Source: Candidatus Bathyarchaeia archaeon (GTDB lineage: Archaea; Thermoproteota; Bathyarchaeia; Bathyarchaeales; Bathycorpusculaceae). Taken from it: a DNA stretch of 64,000 nt. Below, piece by piece: positions 48,910 to 58,843 of the stretch; position 1 is the stretch's first letter; every line of letters begins with the position of its first letter. The position numbers were made by a program, and so were the translations under genes. The notes beneath the pieces were generated by a model that was not told the origin of the DNA, did not search any database, and was given only the letters and a program-made list of their open reading frames with translations. The DNA lies in assembly GCA_049512075.1 (NCBI GenBank), contig JBEKXL010000004.1:32001-96000 (forward strand). The letters run 5' to 3'.

Positions 48910-49112
48910 CAGTCTTCAACAATCTCCTGAAGCCCTACTTCGCGCGCGAGGGGCATCACTTGGCTGTTGCTAATAGTGTGGAAGAAGAAGAGTCCCGTAG
49001 AAGCTGGATTTGAGTCGTTTGTGGTTACAGAATGTTGTCCTGTATCTTTCAGAAAAGGAAAACGGCGCACAAACCCTGCGTGTGTCAATACCCGAAGACC
49101 AAGACGTGCGTG

Positions 49113-49663
49113 CTATTCTACTAGCAGGAAAGCGTATCTGTTCATAGTTTGCGAATAGTCACGCAAAACCTCGATAGGGTAGCCGAGCTGTCTGACCGTT
49201 GAAAAAACGTCAACGGCCATTGCTTCGGAAGGTGGACGCGCGGACCGTTTGTTCTTACATCTGACCCTTTCTTTTTTTCCCCCCCCCCGCAGTTCTTGCA
49301 CAGGCTACAGGAATCCATGAAGAGCAGGAACGTCTTTGGATTACCCGCCAAGAATACCTCCCGCTCCAATCCGAGAAGCCTCTCATTGACGCCTCTTGCC
49401 CATTCGTGCCGTTCCTCTGGCTCTTCAACCTTCTTTTCAAAATGAAAGACAACACCCTCGCTATACTCGCCAAAGAAACTTCTGCATTCATCAACGGGCG
49501 GGGTATTTGGAGGGCAGCAGGCGATTTTTCCATATTCTATGCAGCCGAACATGCATTTCATTCTTACCCATTGAGAGACCACAATGCTCTTCGGGTCAAT
49601 CCATCTGAAATCTTTGAGCTGGTACTTGAGGAACAGTTCTTCTAGTTGCCTTCGTTTTCTCAT
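49113..49663 (-). pseudogene. DUF2284 metal-binding protein, frameshifted in a G10/A7 homopolymer region
   Basis: WVRMKCMFGC..YG...CPP, CSLCKNC, then ARP.SEAMAVDVFSTVR in another frame. Confidence 0.75.
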
Positions 49664-49903
49664 CTAGATCAGCCTCGAAATTCAGACGCACGATTATGCT
49701 TGCGGTGTTCAAATAACTTTGCGCTCCCGTGTGTAGATGGGAAGAATGTGAGGTCAAGTAGGACTGTGTTACCTAACGCCTTTGACCTATTCTATGAAAC
49801 CCGCAACCGTTTCGAATTTTCAAGATGGGTTCCTCGGGTTTTCCTCAAAAGTGATATATGCAGGTGCATCGAAAGGCCTGTTTCAACTGTCATCCATTGA
49901 CAA

Positions 49904-50578
49904 ATGAAGAGTATGAGTGGGATGATGAAGTTCATAATCTTCGGTCCGCCAGGTTCAGGCAAAGGCACCTACGCTTCTCGCCTGCAAACGAAGCTGGGTG
50001 TGGAGGTAATCGCTACGGGAGACCTGCTGCGTGAGATAATGAAGGAAGACACGCCGCTGGGCAGAAAGGTGAAGGGATTTGTGGAGAAAGGCCTGCTAGG
50101 GCCAAGTGAAGTTGTGACAGAAGTTCTGATGCAGCGCTTAGCAAGATCCACGGGCAAGAAGGGCTTCATCCTGGACGGCTATCCACGGACGATTGACCAG
50201 GCCAAAGCTCTAGAAAAACTCGCCAAAATAGACGGTGTCATCCTGTTAACCGTGCCCGAAAAGATAATAGTCGAACGGCTCTCCAGCCGAAGAATATGCA
50301 AGAACTGCGGAGAAGTGTACAACATACGCTTCCTAAAACCCAAAGTGGAAGGAGTGTGCGATAAGTGCGGCGGACAACTCTACCAACGTTCCGACGACAA
50401 ACCAGAAGTCATAAAAGACCGCATAGCCGTCTACGAGAAACAGACCGAACCCGTCCTGAAATACTACAAAGAGAAAAAAACTCCATTCATCGAGTTCAAA
50501 TGCGACAGCCTCGACATGCCACCAGAATTGGCCGTTGAAAACATCCTGAAACAACTCAAACATTTAAAACTGGCCTAG
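49904..50578 (+). CDS. adk: Adenylate kinase (bacterial type, Zn-lid)
   Basis: GPPGSGKGT, LDGYPR, CKNC...CDKC, RSDD. Confidence 0.93.
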   Translation: MKSMSGMMKFIIFGPPGSGKGTYASRLQTKLGVEVIATGDLLREIMKEDTPLGRKVKGFVEKGLLGPSEVVTEVLMQRLARSTGKKGFILDGYPRTIDQAKALEKLAKIDGVILLTVPEKIIVERLSSRRICKNCGEVYNIRFLKPKVEGVCDKCGGQLYQRSDDKPEVIKDRIAVYEKQTEPVLKYYKEKKTPFIEFKCDSLDMPPELAVENILKQLKHLKLA

Positions 50579-50775
50579 AAGCCGCAACATAAATCAAACA
50601 GAAAAATCAGTCAATCATGAACTTAAGCACCAAAAATCACACATCAGACGTTCACACAATGGCTCAAACCCAACAAGAAACCTACTGGCCCATGGCAGCT
50701 TCGAGCTTCCCGCAGACCAACCTTAACAGTGTCCTAGAACGTGTCGACTGCTGCCTCTTGAAAAAAGGAAGAAGC

Positions 50776-52218
50776 TTAGGCATTGCCTATCTCTTTCTTG
50801 AACGCTTCCTTCAGGTTCAGTCCCCAGTCGTCCAGGGCCTTCAGTTTTCCGAGGAAGAACCTGAGAACGGGCGGTTCGGAGACGAACCTCAGTCCTTTCA
50901 CCAGGTCCCTGTGCTTGTACAGCCACTTTATCCTGTCAATCGCGTATTCGATGTGAGACACGGTGTAGACTCTTCTGGGCAGGGCTATCCTCGTCAGTTC
51001 AATGTCTGCGAAAACCTCTTTTCCCTCTTTGTCTCTGTCCATTGATATCGTGCCTCTTTCCATGCTTCTTATTCCAGAAGCTATGTAAAGCGCCGTTGCG
51101 AGCGCGCCCGCAGGATACTGGGACTGTGGGATGCTCGGGAGGAACCTCATTGCGTCAAGGTGGCAGGCCAATCCACCTGGCGGGGTGACGACGGGGATGC
51201 CTGCTTTGACGAGCTTGTTGACGAAGTATTTGATTTGCTCAACTGAGCAGCCTGCAACGTCCGGGTCGACCATTTCTCTCATTCCGACGGACATGGCGCC
51301 GATTTCTCTCATCGACATGCCGCCGTAAGTGAAGAAGCCTTCGTACACGGGCAGCCACGGTTGTATCAGCTCGAACAGCTTCAGGTTGTTGGTCGCTATG
51401 CAGCCGCCTCTGACGCACGTGTTCTTTCTTCCACTCATGTAGTAGATGTCCGCCATGCTGCACATCTCCTTCACTATTTCCGCGACCGTCTTGTTCTCGT
51501 ACCCTTTCTCCCGTTGTCTTATGAAATACGCATTTTCGGAAATCAGGCTTCCGTCTATGACGAGAAGAAGACCGTTCTCGGTGCAGATTTGCCTTATCTC
51601 CTTCAGGTTCTTCATAGAGAAGGGTTGTCCGCCGATGAGGTTGGTCGTGGCTTCCATCCGCACGAAGCCTATTTTGTCTTTTCCGTATTTCTTGATAACA
51701 TTCTTCAGCTTGTTCGGGTCCATGTTGCCCTTGAACTGGTTCGTGCTCTCAGTCTTTAACGCCTCATCATAATAAATCTCTAGAACCTGCATGCCCTGGA
51801 GTTCAATGTGGGCCTTAGTCGTGGTGAAATGATAGTTAGTGGGGACTACTCCGCCGGGTTTGGCGAAGATCTTCGCTAGAAGGTGTTCAGCCGCTCTGCC
51901 CTGGTGGGTGTTCATGACGTGCTTGTAGCCTAACACGTCTTCCACTGCCTTCGCGAACTCGTAGAAGGTCATGCTTCCTGCGTAAGCGTCGTCCGTCTTC
52001 ATCATGCCTGCGAACTGGTTGTCGCTCATAGCGTTGACGCCGCTGTCGGTGAGCATGTCTAGGAATATGTCTTTCGTCTTGAGCAGGAACGTGTTGTAGC
52101 CCGCTTCTTCTATGGCCTTGAGCCGTTCGTCAACCGGGACCAGCTGGATTTTCTGTACCATTCTTGCCTTGTGCATCTCTATCGGGATTTCTTCACCTGT
52201 GGATAGTTTTATGGACAT
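50776..52218 (-). CDS. Beta-eliminating lyase, tyrosine phenol-lyase-like
   Basis: DMLTDSG, HQGRAAE, MSGRK (PLP Lys), YEGFFTYGG, MERG, PRRVYT, LRFF. Confidence 0.85.
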   Translation of the reverse strand: MSIKLSTGEEIPIEMHKARMVQKIQLVPVDERLKAIEEAGYNTFLLKTKDIFLDMLTDSGVNAMSDNQFAGMMKTDDAYAGSMTFYEFAKAVEDVLGYKHVMNTHQGRAAEHLLAKIFAKPGGVVPTNYHFTTTKAHIELQGMQVLEIYYDEALKTESTNQFKGNMDPNKLKNVIKKYGKDKIGFVRMEATTNLIGGQPFSMKNLKEIRQICTENGLLLVIDGSLISENAYFIRQREKGYENKTVAEIVKEMCSMADIYYMSGRKNTCVRGGCIATNNLKLFELIQPWLPVYEGFFTYGGMSMREIGAMSVGMREMVDPDVAGCSVEQIKYFVNKLVKAGIPVVTPPGGLACHLDAMRFLPSIPQSQYPAGALATALYIASGIRSMERGTISMDRDKEGKEVFADIELTRIALPRRVYTVSHIEYAIDRIKWLYKHRDLVKGLRFVSEPPVLRFFLGKLKALDDWGLNLKEAFKKEIGNA

Positions 52219-52371
52219 AACTCAAACCTCGTGAGTTTGGTCATATCTTGCACACGTTTTATAATGCTTTCGGTCTCCCTTTTTTCATCGGTCTTTGCGT
52301 CTTTCCCACCAAAACCTATATGTGAAACCCGAAGACTGTCACAATCTTCAATCAACTTGGAGAGAAACTCT

Positions 52372-54249
52372 TTGCCTGACCGGAAAGTTTTGTTGCAGGA
52401 CGCGCCGGGAAAACGGGTGCTCCTGCTCGGCAACGAAGCCATCGCGCGGGGAATTCTAGAAGCCGGAGTGAGTGTGGTAACCACTTATCCAGGCACACCC
52501 GCGTCTGAAATAGGCGACTCCATTTCAGAAATCGCTTCTCAAGTCGGGTTGTACATGGAGTACTCGGTCAACGAGATGGTCGCCGTTGAAGTTGCAGCTG
52601 GCGCTGCAAACTGTGGAGTGAGAGCCCTCACGGCCATGAAGCATGTTGGACTCAACGTGGCCGCCGACTTAGTCATGACGCTAGCCTACACGGGCGTAAG
52701 AGGAGGCTACGTAATCGTCACAGCGGACGATCCAGAATGCTACAGCTCCCAGAACGAGCAGGACAACCGCTTCTACGCTCTGCTCGCAAACCTGCCCTGC
52801 TTGGAGCCCTCAGATGCTCAGGAAGCGAAGGAAATGACAGTTTACGCCGTCGATATCTCGGAGAAGCTTGAGCTGCCCGTGCTCCTGAGAACCACAACCC
52901 GCGTGAGCCACACACGCGGACCCGTCGTGTACGGGGAATTAAGGAAACCAAACTTGAAAGGCGATTTCGTGAGAGACGTGAAACGCTTGGTCATGGTGCC
53001 CGCCAACTCCAGACCCAAGCATGAAGTTCTACTGAAGCAGGCGGCAAAAGCCATGGAAATCAGCGAAGAATCACCCTTCAACAAGGTCACGCGAAGGGGC
53101 GCGGAAATGGGCATGATCTCGTCAAGCTCAGCCTATAACTGCGCGGTCGAAGCGGCGAGTCTGCTCGGCTTGGATGCGGGCGTTCTCAAGCTCGGCATGA
53201 CCCATCCGCTTCCAGAAAAGATGATTGCAGAGTTCTTGAAGAGTTACGACCGAGTAGTTGTTGTGGAGGAGCTTGAACCCTACTTGGAGATGCAGATCAA
53301 AGCAATAGCCAAAGACTACGCCCCCGACACGGTCATATGCGGAAAGATGAACGGGCAATATTTCCCAAGGGAAGGAGAGCTCACAACTCGCCTTGTTGCA
53401 ACAGGCCTTTCCGAGATAACCGCCAAAAAACTTCCCATAGATTTCCGGAAGATTGAGGAGAAGTACGGCGGGGTGGTCAAGGATTTGCCGTCGAGGCCTC
53501 CAATCCTCTGCGCTGGTTGCCCACACAGGGCGTCCTTCTACGTCATAAAGAAGGTTGGAGGGGAGATGGCGGTGTATCCGGATGATATAGGCTGTTACGC
53601 GTTGGGAATCGCTCCGCCGTTGGGCGTGGGTGATATCATGATTTGCATGGGGGCAAGCGTAGGCACTGCCCAGGGAATAAGCAGGGTGACGGGCAGAGAC
53701 ACCGTGGCCACGATTGGAGACTCGACGTTTTTCCACGCCGGGATTCCTGGGCTGGTGAACGCCGTTTACAATAATAGCAGGATAGTCGTGGTTGTGTTGG
53801 ACAATCTTGCCACGGCCATGACTGGGCATCAGCCGCACCCTGGAACGGGCCTGACTGGCATGCAGAATCCGGCCGAGAGGATTCTCATCGAAAAAGTCGC
53901 GGAAGGATGCGGCGTCAAGTACGTCAGAGTCGTGGACCCCTTTAGGACGAAGGAGGCCGCGACGACGTTGAAGGGAGCATTGCAGCAGCCAGGGCCTTCG
54001 GTCGTGGTTTTCCGCGCTCCGTGTACATTGATGGACGCGAGAGAAAAGAGGCGCAGGGGCATGGCACCCGCGCCCTCCAGAATCACCGAAAAGTGCACAA
54101 ACTGCATGGCCTGCATCAAACTGTTGGGCTGTCCGGCCATAGTGGTTGAAGAAGGAAAGGTGAGAATCGATGAGAACTCTTGCACCGCGTGCGGGCTCTG
54201 TATTTCTGTCTGCCCTTACGGCGCGATAGAGGGGAGTTGTGCAGAATGA
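52372..54249 (+). CDS. iorA: Indolepyruvate:ferredoxin oxidoreductase alpha
   Basis: LGNEAIARG, YPGTP, MKHVGLNVAAD, CAGCPHR, GDSTFFH, C-terminal 2x[4Fe-4S]; start TTG 52372. Confidence 0.95.
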   Translation: MPDRKVLLQDAPGKRVLLLGNEAIARGILEAGVSVVTTYPGTPASEIGDSISEIASQVGLYMEYSVNEMVAVEVAAGAANCGVRALTAMKHVGLNVAADLVMTLAYTGVRGGYVIVTADDPECYSSQNEQDNRFYALLANLPCLEPSDAQEAKEMTVYAVDISEKLELPVLLRTTTRVSHTRGPVVYGELRKPNLKGDFVRDVKRLVMVPANSRPKHEVLLKQAAKAMEISEESPFNKVTRRGAEMGMISSSSAYNCAVEAASLLGLDAGVLKLGMTHPLPEKMIAEFLKSYDRVVVVEELEPYLEMQIKAIAKDYAPDTVICGKMNGQYFPREGELTTRLVATGLSEITAKKLPIDFRKIEEKYGGVVKDLPSRPPILCAGCPHRASFYVIKKVGGEMAVYPDDIGCYALGIAPPLGVGDIMICMGASVGTAQGISRVTGRDTVATIGDSTFFHAGIPGLVNAVYNNSRIVVVVLDNLATAMTGHQPHPGTGLTGMQNPAERILIEKVAEGCGVKYVRVVDPFRTKEAATTLKGALQQPGPSVVVFRAPCTLMDAREKRRRGMAPAPSRITEKCTNCMACIKLLGCPAIVVEEGKVRIDENSCTACGLCISVCPYGAIEGSCAE

Positions 54250-54854
54250 AGGAGTTCAACATCGTTCTGGCCGGTGTAGGTGGACAGGGCACGTTGTTAG
54301 CCGCCGAGGTCATAGGCTCTGCTGCTGTCAGGGACGGTTTGAATGTTCGGGTGAGCGAAATCCACGGTATGGCTCAACGTGGCGGGTCCGTGGTTTCAAA
54401 CGTGAGGATAGGTGAAGGTGTTCTCGCGTCTACTGTGTTGGAAGGCCAAGCAGACGTTCTCCTAGGATTTGAGCCTCTGGAAACAGTGCGGAACTTGAAG
54501 AGTGCATCAGAAAAAACGCTCGTCATAATGAACACTCAGCGAATCCCTCCCACCGAGCTTGCCGCCAAGAACACGGAGTATCCGAGCGTTGAGGAGGTCT
54601 TGGCGAAGATTCGTCTGTTCACGGGCGAGGTGATCGTCATTGAAGCGGGTGAGCTGGCCAAGAAAGCTGGGAGCAGGTTGACGCAGAACAGTGTGTTGTT
54701 GGGGGCTTTGGCTGCGGCTAAAGATTTTCCAGTGAATGCTCAGAGTGTGGTTGAGGTTTTGCGGGAGCTCGTTCCAAAAAAGTACGTGGAAATGAACGTT
54801 AAGGCGTTCGAGCTTGGCCGTGACAGTGTGAGAAAGGAGCAGAAGCGATTCTAG
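54246..54854 (+). CDS. iorB: Indolepyruvate:ferredoxin oxidoreductase beta
   Basis: GVGGQG, EIHGMAQRGGSV; ATGA overlap with iorA. Confidence 0.95.
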   Translation: MKEFNIVLAGVGGQGTLLAAEVIGSAAVRDGLNVRVSEIHGMAQRGGSVVSNVRIGEGVLASTVLEGQADVLLGFEPLETVRNLKSASEKTLVIMNTQRIPPTELAAKNTEYPSVEEVLAKIRLFTGEVIVIEAGELAKKAGSRLTQNSVLLGALAAAKDFPVNAQSVVEVLRELVPKKYVEMNVKAFELGRDSVRKEQKRF

Positions 54855-55216
54855 CTATCCTTGGTTTTTGAGTGTGTCTGGTCTGTCTTCTCGTTGTCTA
54901 GGATGGCTTTGAGTATGCCTTGGAAGAGTTTCATGTCGGAGACGTTTACGACTGGTATCTGGAAGCTTTTGACGATTTCGTAGAGTTTTTCGTATTTTGG
55001 GAACTTTGCGTAGCAGACTTGGCTTATGGGAAACTCTTTGTTCTTCAGCTCGTGCTCGAAGGATTTTTCGTACACTTCTAGGCACAGCAGGTAGCCGTTT
55101 ATCCAGTAGAGTCTGCTGACGCTGTAGGTTGCGGCGCACCAGGCGATGTTTTCGACTGAGCGGTTGTCTAGGCCTAGAATGTTGACTTTGTTAGTTGGCG
55201 TGACTTGGACGTCCAT
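54851..55216 (-). CDS. Conserved-looking archaeal hypothetical protein
   Basis: Co-directional just after xpf; LYWINGYLLC. Confidence 0.65.
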   Translation of the reverse strand: MDVQVTPTNKVNILGLDNRSVENIAWCAATYSVSRLYWINGYLLCLEVYEKSFEHELKNKEFPISQVCYAKFPKYEKLYEIVKSFQIPVVNVSDMKLFQGILKAILDNEKTDQTHSKTKDS

Positions 55217-55222
55217 GTTTGT

Positions 55223-55933
55223 TCACTCTGTGAAGGGTGTATTGAGGACGTCTTTAACTTTGCTGCTTATTTTGGGTCCGAGTCCATGGACGGTTTCGGA
55301 CCAGTCGTCCACGTTTATTAGGGCGTTCAACGGTGTCTGATAGGATTTGAGTATGGCTAATGCCTTTTCTCTTCCGACGTTGGGTAGGCTGGCGATGAGG
55401 TATATCTGCGCGTCGGCTGTTGTGTCGACTCTCTTGAAGGGGTGGACTGTGGGAGCTCTTTTTTCGATTATCTGTTCTTGGCGTGCGGCTACGTAGAGAA
55501 AGTCGACCGTTTCCTTGTATGATGTGGTGTTTATTATTGCAACTCCGTTTTTTGCGAGGCTGAACAGTGCTCCCCAGACCGATGCTGGTTGGATTCGGCT
55601 GTACTTGTAGATTATGGGCAGATATCCTTCTAGGAGGATGAGTGATTTTGGGTAGACTTCCTTCAGTTTGAACAGTTGCTCAAAGAGGAAGCGTCGGGTG
55701 AGCGTGTAAACGAAGTCGTGGACGGTTTTTCTTTCAACGGCGCACTGATCAGATAAAATGTAATCCCCTTTTTCTAGGGTTTCTGTTCTGATGTTGGCAC
55801 CGCGTTCTGCGAGTCCTTTGACGATTTTTGCCGCCGTGTTGGCCTCGCGGCTGTCCACGATAATCGTTGGTTGCTCACGTTCACTTTCCTTTTTTTCTTT
55901 GAGGTAAGGAAGCAAGGTTTCGGTTCCGGACAT
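55223..55933 (-). CDS. xpf: Short-form XPF/ERCC4 structure-specific endonuclease
   Basis: VDSRE, GDY, VERKT, HhH LPNVG / VHGLG; start likely ATG 55933. Confidence 0.88.
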   Translation of the reverse strand: MSGTETLLPYLKEKKESEREQPTIIVDSREANTAAKIVKGLAERGANIRTETLEKGDYILSDQCAVERKTVHDFVYTLTRRFLFEQLFKLKEVYPKSLILLEGYLPIIYKYSRIQPASVWGALFSLAKNGVAIINTTSYKETVDFLYVAARQEQIIEKRAPTVHPFKRVDTTADAQIYLIASLPNVGREKALAILKSYQTPLNALINVDDWSETVHGLGPKISSKVKDVLNTPFTE

Positions 55934-56133
55934 CTTGTCCACTCCAGTAGCGTATCTTTCACTCTGGCACTTATCCTTATTTGCATTTGCGGAAACGTCG
56001 AAAGAATCAGCGTTCCGAAGATGCAACGCCCTTGGTCTGTGCTGCGCAGTCTTACAACGTTGGAGTTATGTTAAGTCTTATATTATTGACTGTTAGAATA
56101 GGAGTGTGCCTCGCTTGTTGGAACGTGTGTTTG

Positions 56134-57459
56134 ATGAGAAAGACAATATTCAAGAAGCTTGAGGCTCAGGGACTGATTGCGAATTACAATCATCTGAGAA
56201 GGAACTTGCCTCCGAAGCTTCCTGAGAAAGTTTTCATCTGGGACGAAACCCTGAGGGAAGGAGTTCAGGCTCCCGCTGTTTTTCTGACGTACGTTGAAAA
56301 AGTCAAACTCGCCAAGATGATGGACGAGACAGGCGTGAGCCTAATAACCGTGGGTTTTCCTGCACTCTCAGAGGAAGAAAAAAGCACCGTTAAAAAAATC
56401 GCCAACGAAGGCTTTCAGCAAGCAAGCCTCGCCGCTTCAGCGCGCATCCTCAAAAGCGACATAGACCTTTGCCTAGAATGCGGCATACGAGAGATTCCAG
56501 TATTCACGCCCTTCAACGGACTCAACCTACAACACAGACTGAAAATGACCAAAGAAGAAGTACTGAAAAGAACAGTCGAGTGCATTGAGTACGCGAAAAA
56601 ACATGGCGTGAAGGTGGATTTTGTCCTCGAAGATGCTTCAAGGACACCTTTGCCCGAGATTTTGCAGATTTTCGAGGCGGCAGTGAAAGCTGGGGCGGAC
56701 CGACTGGTGGTCGCAGACACTGTGGGTTTCTTGAGGCCACTGTCGATGCGTTATCTCATTTCTCACGTTAGAGACGGTTTATCAGAGCTGCTTAAGAAGG
56801 ATGTTCCTCTCTCAGTTCACTGTCACAATGATTTCGGCCTGGCGACGGCGAACAGTCTAGCTGCTGTTGAAGAAGGCGTAGCCTACGTGCACACGTGCGT
56901 TGCCGGGTACGGTGAAAGGGCAGGATGCACACCCCTGGAAGAAGTGTGCACCGCTCTAGAACTGCTCTACGACGTGGACACCGGCGTAGACTTGGACAAA
57001 CTCTACAGGCTTTCGCAGCTGGCTGAGAAAGCTTTTGCCTTGCCCATCCAGTTTCACAAGCCGCTCATAGGAGAGAACGCCTTTTCATACGAAGAAGACG
57101 AAAACGTTAAGGACGTGCTTTCAGATCCACTCACAATTGTACCGTTTCCGCCGGAAATCATCGGAAGAGAAACCCTGTTTTACCTCGGCAGGCGCGCAGG
57201 CAAGAACATGGTTGCGAACCGTTTGGCACAGGCAGGAATCAAGGCCACCCCCATGCAGATAGAAGAAATCGTTAGAAGGATCAGGGGAGCACATGAAAGC
57301 TTGGACAAAGGCGAGGCCCAGATGACCTTCTACCAAATAAAGAAACTGCTGAAGGACCTCAGGAAAGGCTTGACAGAAGAAGAATTCTGGAAAATAGTTG
57401 AGCAAGTCACAAGGCAGAAGCCCAAGCTTCCCCAGGAAGAGAAAACTGCAAATTCTTGA
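56134..57459 (+). CDS. DRE-TIM (homocitrate/isopropylmalate/citramalate synthase family) protein, divergent
   Basis: DETLREGVQ, EDASR, ADTVG, HCHNDFGLA, GERAG; no LeuA regulatory domain. Confidence 0.8.
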   Translation: MRKTIFKKLEAQGLIANYNHLRRNLPPKLPEKVFIWDETLREGVQAPAVFLTYVEKVKLAKMMDETGVSLITVGFPALSEEEKSTVKKIANEGFQQASLAASARILKSDIDLCLECGIREIPVFTPFNGLNLQHRLKMTKEEVLKRTVECIEYAKKHGVKVDFVLEDASRTPLPEILQIFEAAVKAGADRLVVADTVGFLRPLSMRYLISHVRDGLSELLKKDVPLSVHCHNDFGLATANSLAAVEEGVAYVHTCVAGYGERAGCTPLEEVCTALELLYDVDTGVDLDKLYRLSQLAEKAFALPIQFHKPLIGENAFSYEEDENVKDVLSDPLTIVPFPPEIIGRETLFYLGRRAGKNMVANRLAQAGIKATPMQIEEIVRRIRGAHESLDKGEAQMTFYQIKKLLKDLRKGLTEEEFWKIVEQVTRQKPKLPQEEKTANS

Positions 57460-57547
57460 AGTGTTCAGCGCGCACTCAGCCTGACCCCGGAGCTTCACCC
57501 AGCACGCCGACAATAGTTTACGGAGTTCGCAAGAACCAATCTTATAT

Positions 57548-58750
57548 ATGTGCTTCCTTTTAAGAATCGAGCGGGTGAGCTTTTTGGATTTGGAACTGAC
57601 TGCTGAGCAGAAAATGGTAGTTAAAGCAGCTTCCGAAGTGGCGAAGGATTTCGATCCAGAATACTGGAGGAATAAAGACAAGAATCACGAGTTTCCTGAA
57701 GATTTCTGGAAGGCCCTGGTTGACGCCGGTTTTGTGGGTATCCTTATACCTGAAAAATACGGCGGAGGTGGCATGGGAATGTTTGAGATGATTTTGGCGA
57801 TGGAGACTTTGACCTCTGAAAGCTGCGGGTTAGCAGGAGAATGGTTTTTGTGTTTAACCTCTGTTTTCGGAGGTTTGTCCATATTGAAACATGGAAATGA
57901 GCTTCAGAAAGACAATTATCTGCCCAGAATTTCCAAAGGCATGGAGTTCTGTTTGGGTTTGACTGAACCAGACGCGGGAAGCAACACTCTGAACATCCAA
58001 ACAGCAGCAGTGGAAACTGGAGACGAATACGTGATAAACGGAAGAAAGACCCTCATTTCAGGAGCAGACAGGGCAAAAGGAATGCTGCTCGTAACAAGAA
58101 CAACTCCGTTGGAAAAGGCGGCGAAAAGAACCCTAGGGTTAAGTCTGTTCCTCGTGGATCTGCCCAACCAAGCAGTGGAAGTAACTCCGATAGAGAAACA
58201 CGGAATCAACTACTCAAATACCTGTGACGTCTACATCACGGATCTCCGAGTCCCTCGGGAAAACCTGTTGGGTGAGAAGGACAAGGGCTGGTACCTAGTA
58301 CTGGACACTCTGAACCCTGAAAGAATGTCCTTCTCAGCAGCCGCTGCAGGGCTAGGGCTGTTGGCGATCAAAAAGGCAGTTGAACACGCGAAGCAGAGGA
58401 AGGTTTTCGGGGCTCCAATCGGCTCTTACCAGGCACTGCAGTTTCCGCTTGCAGAAGCAAAGGCCAAGATTGAGGCTGCTAGGTTGCTCAATTACAAGGC
58501 CGCGTGGCTTTACGACCGAGGACAGCCCTGTGGCGCCGAGGCGAACATGGCCAAGGTTGTCGCAGTAGAAGCAGGCATCCAAGCCGTATACCATGCCATG
58601 CAGACTTTCGGCGGCTACGGCTATGCAGTGGACTATGACGTGGAGCGTTGGTGGAGAGAAGTGAATCTAACTAGACTGGCACCAGTAACACATGAAATGG
58701 CTCTGTCATTCATAGGTGAACATGTTCTGGGCCTACCAAAATCCTACTAA
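57548..58750 (+). CDS. Acyl-CoA dehydrogenase
   Basis: LTEPDAGS, INGRK, RKVFGAPIGSYQALQFPLA, GGYGY. Confidence 0.92.
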   Translation: MCFLLRIERVSFLDLELTAEQKMVVKAASEVAKDFDPEYWRNKDKNHEFPEDFWKALVDAGFVGILIPEKYGGGGMGMFEMILAMETLTSESCGLAGEWFLCLTSVFGGLSILKHGNELQKDNYLPRISKGMEFCLGLTEPDAGSNTLNIQTAAVETGDEYVINGRKTLISGADRAKGMLLVTRTTPLEKAAKRTLGLSLFLVDLPNQAVEVTPIEKHGINYSNTCDVYITDLRVPRENLLGEKDKGWYLVLDTLNPERMSFSAAAAGLGLLAIKKAVEHAKQRKVFGAPIGSYQALQFPLAEAKAKIEAARLLNYKAAWLYDRGQPCGAEANMAKVVAVEAGIQAVYHAMQTFGGYGYAVDYDVERWWREVNLTRLAPVTHEMALSFIGEHVLGLPKSY

Positions 58751-58843
58751 ATCTCCGAATATTCCCATCTCGGCATCCAGTGTTCAACACTATTAGTAAT
58801 GGCTACACACACATGACAGTCATGCGTTAGCCTTTGGTGCACG

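Noticed and set aside
49272-49288. T7-C10 tract in the DUF2284 gene as a phase-variation switch
   Set aside because: The surrounding codons also look corrupted (GGGEKKK), typical of low-quality base calls.
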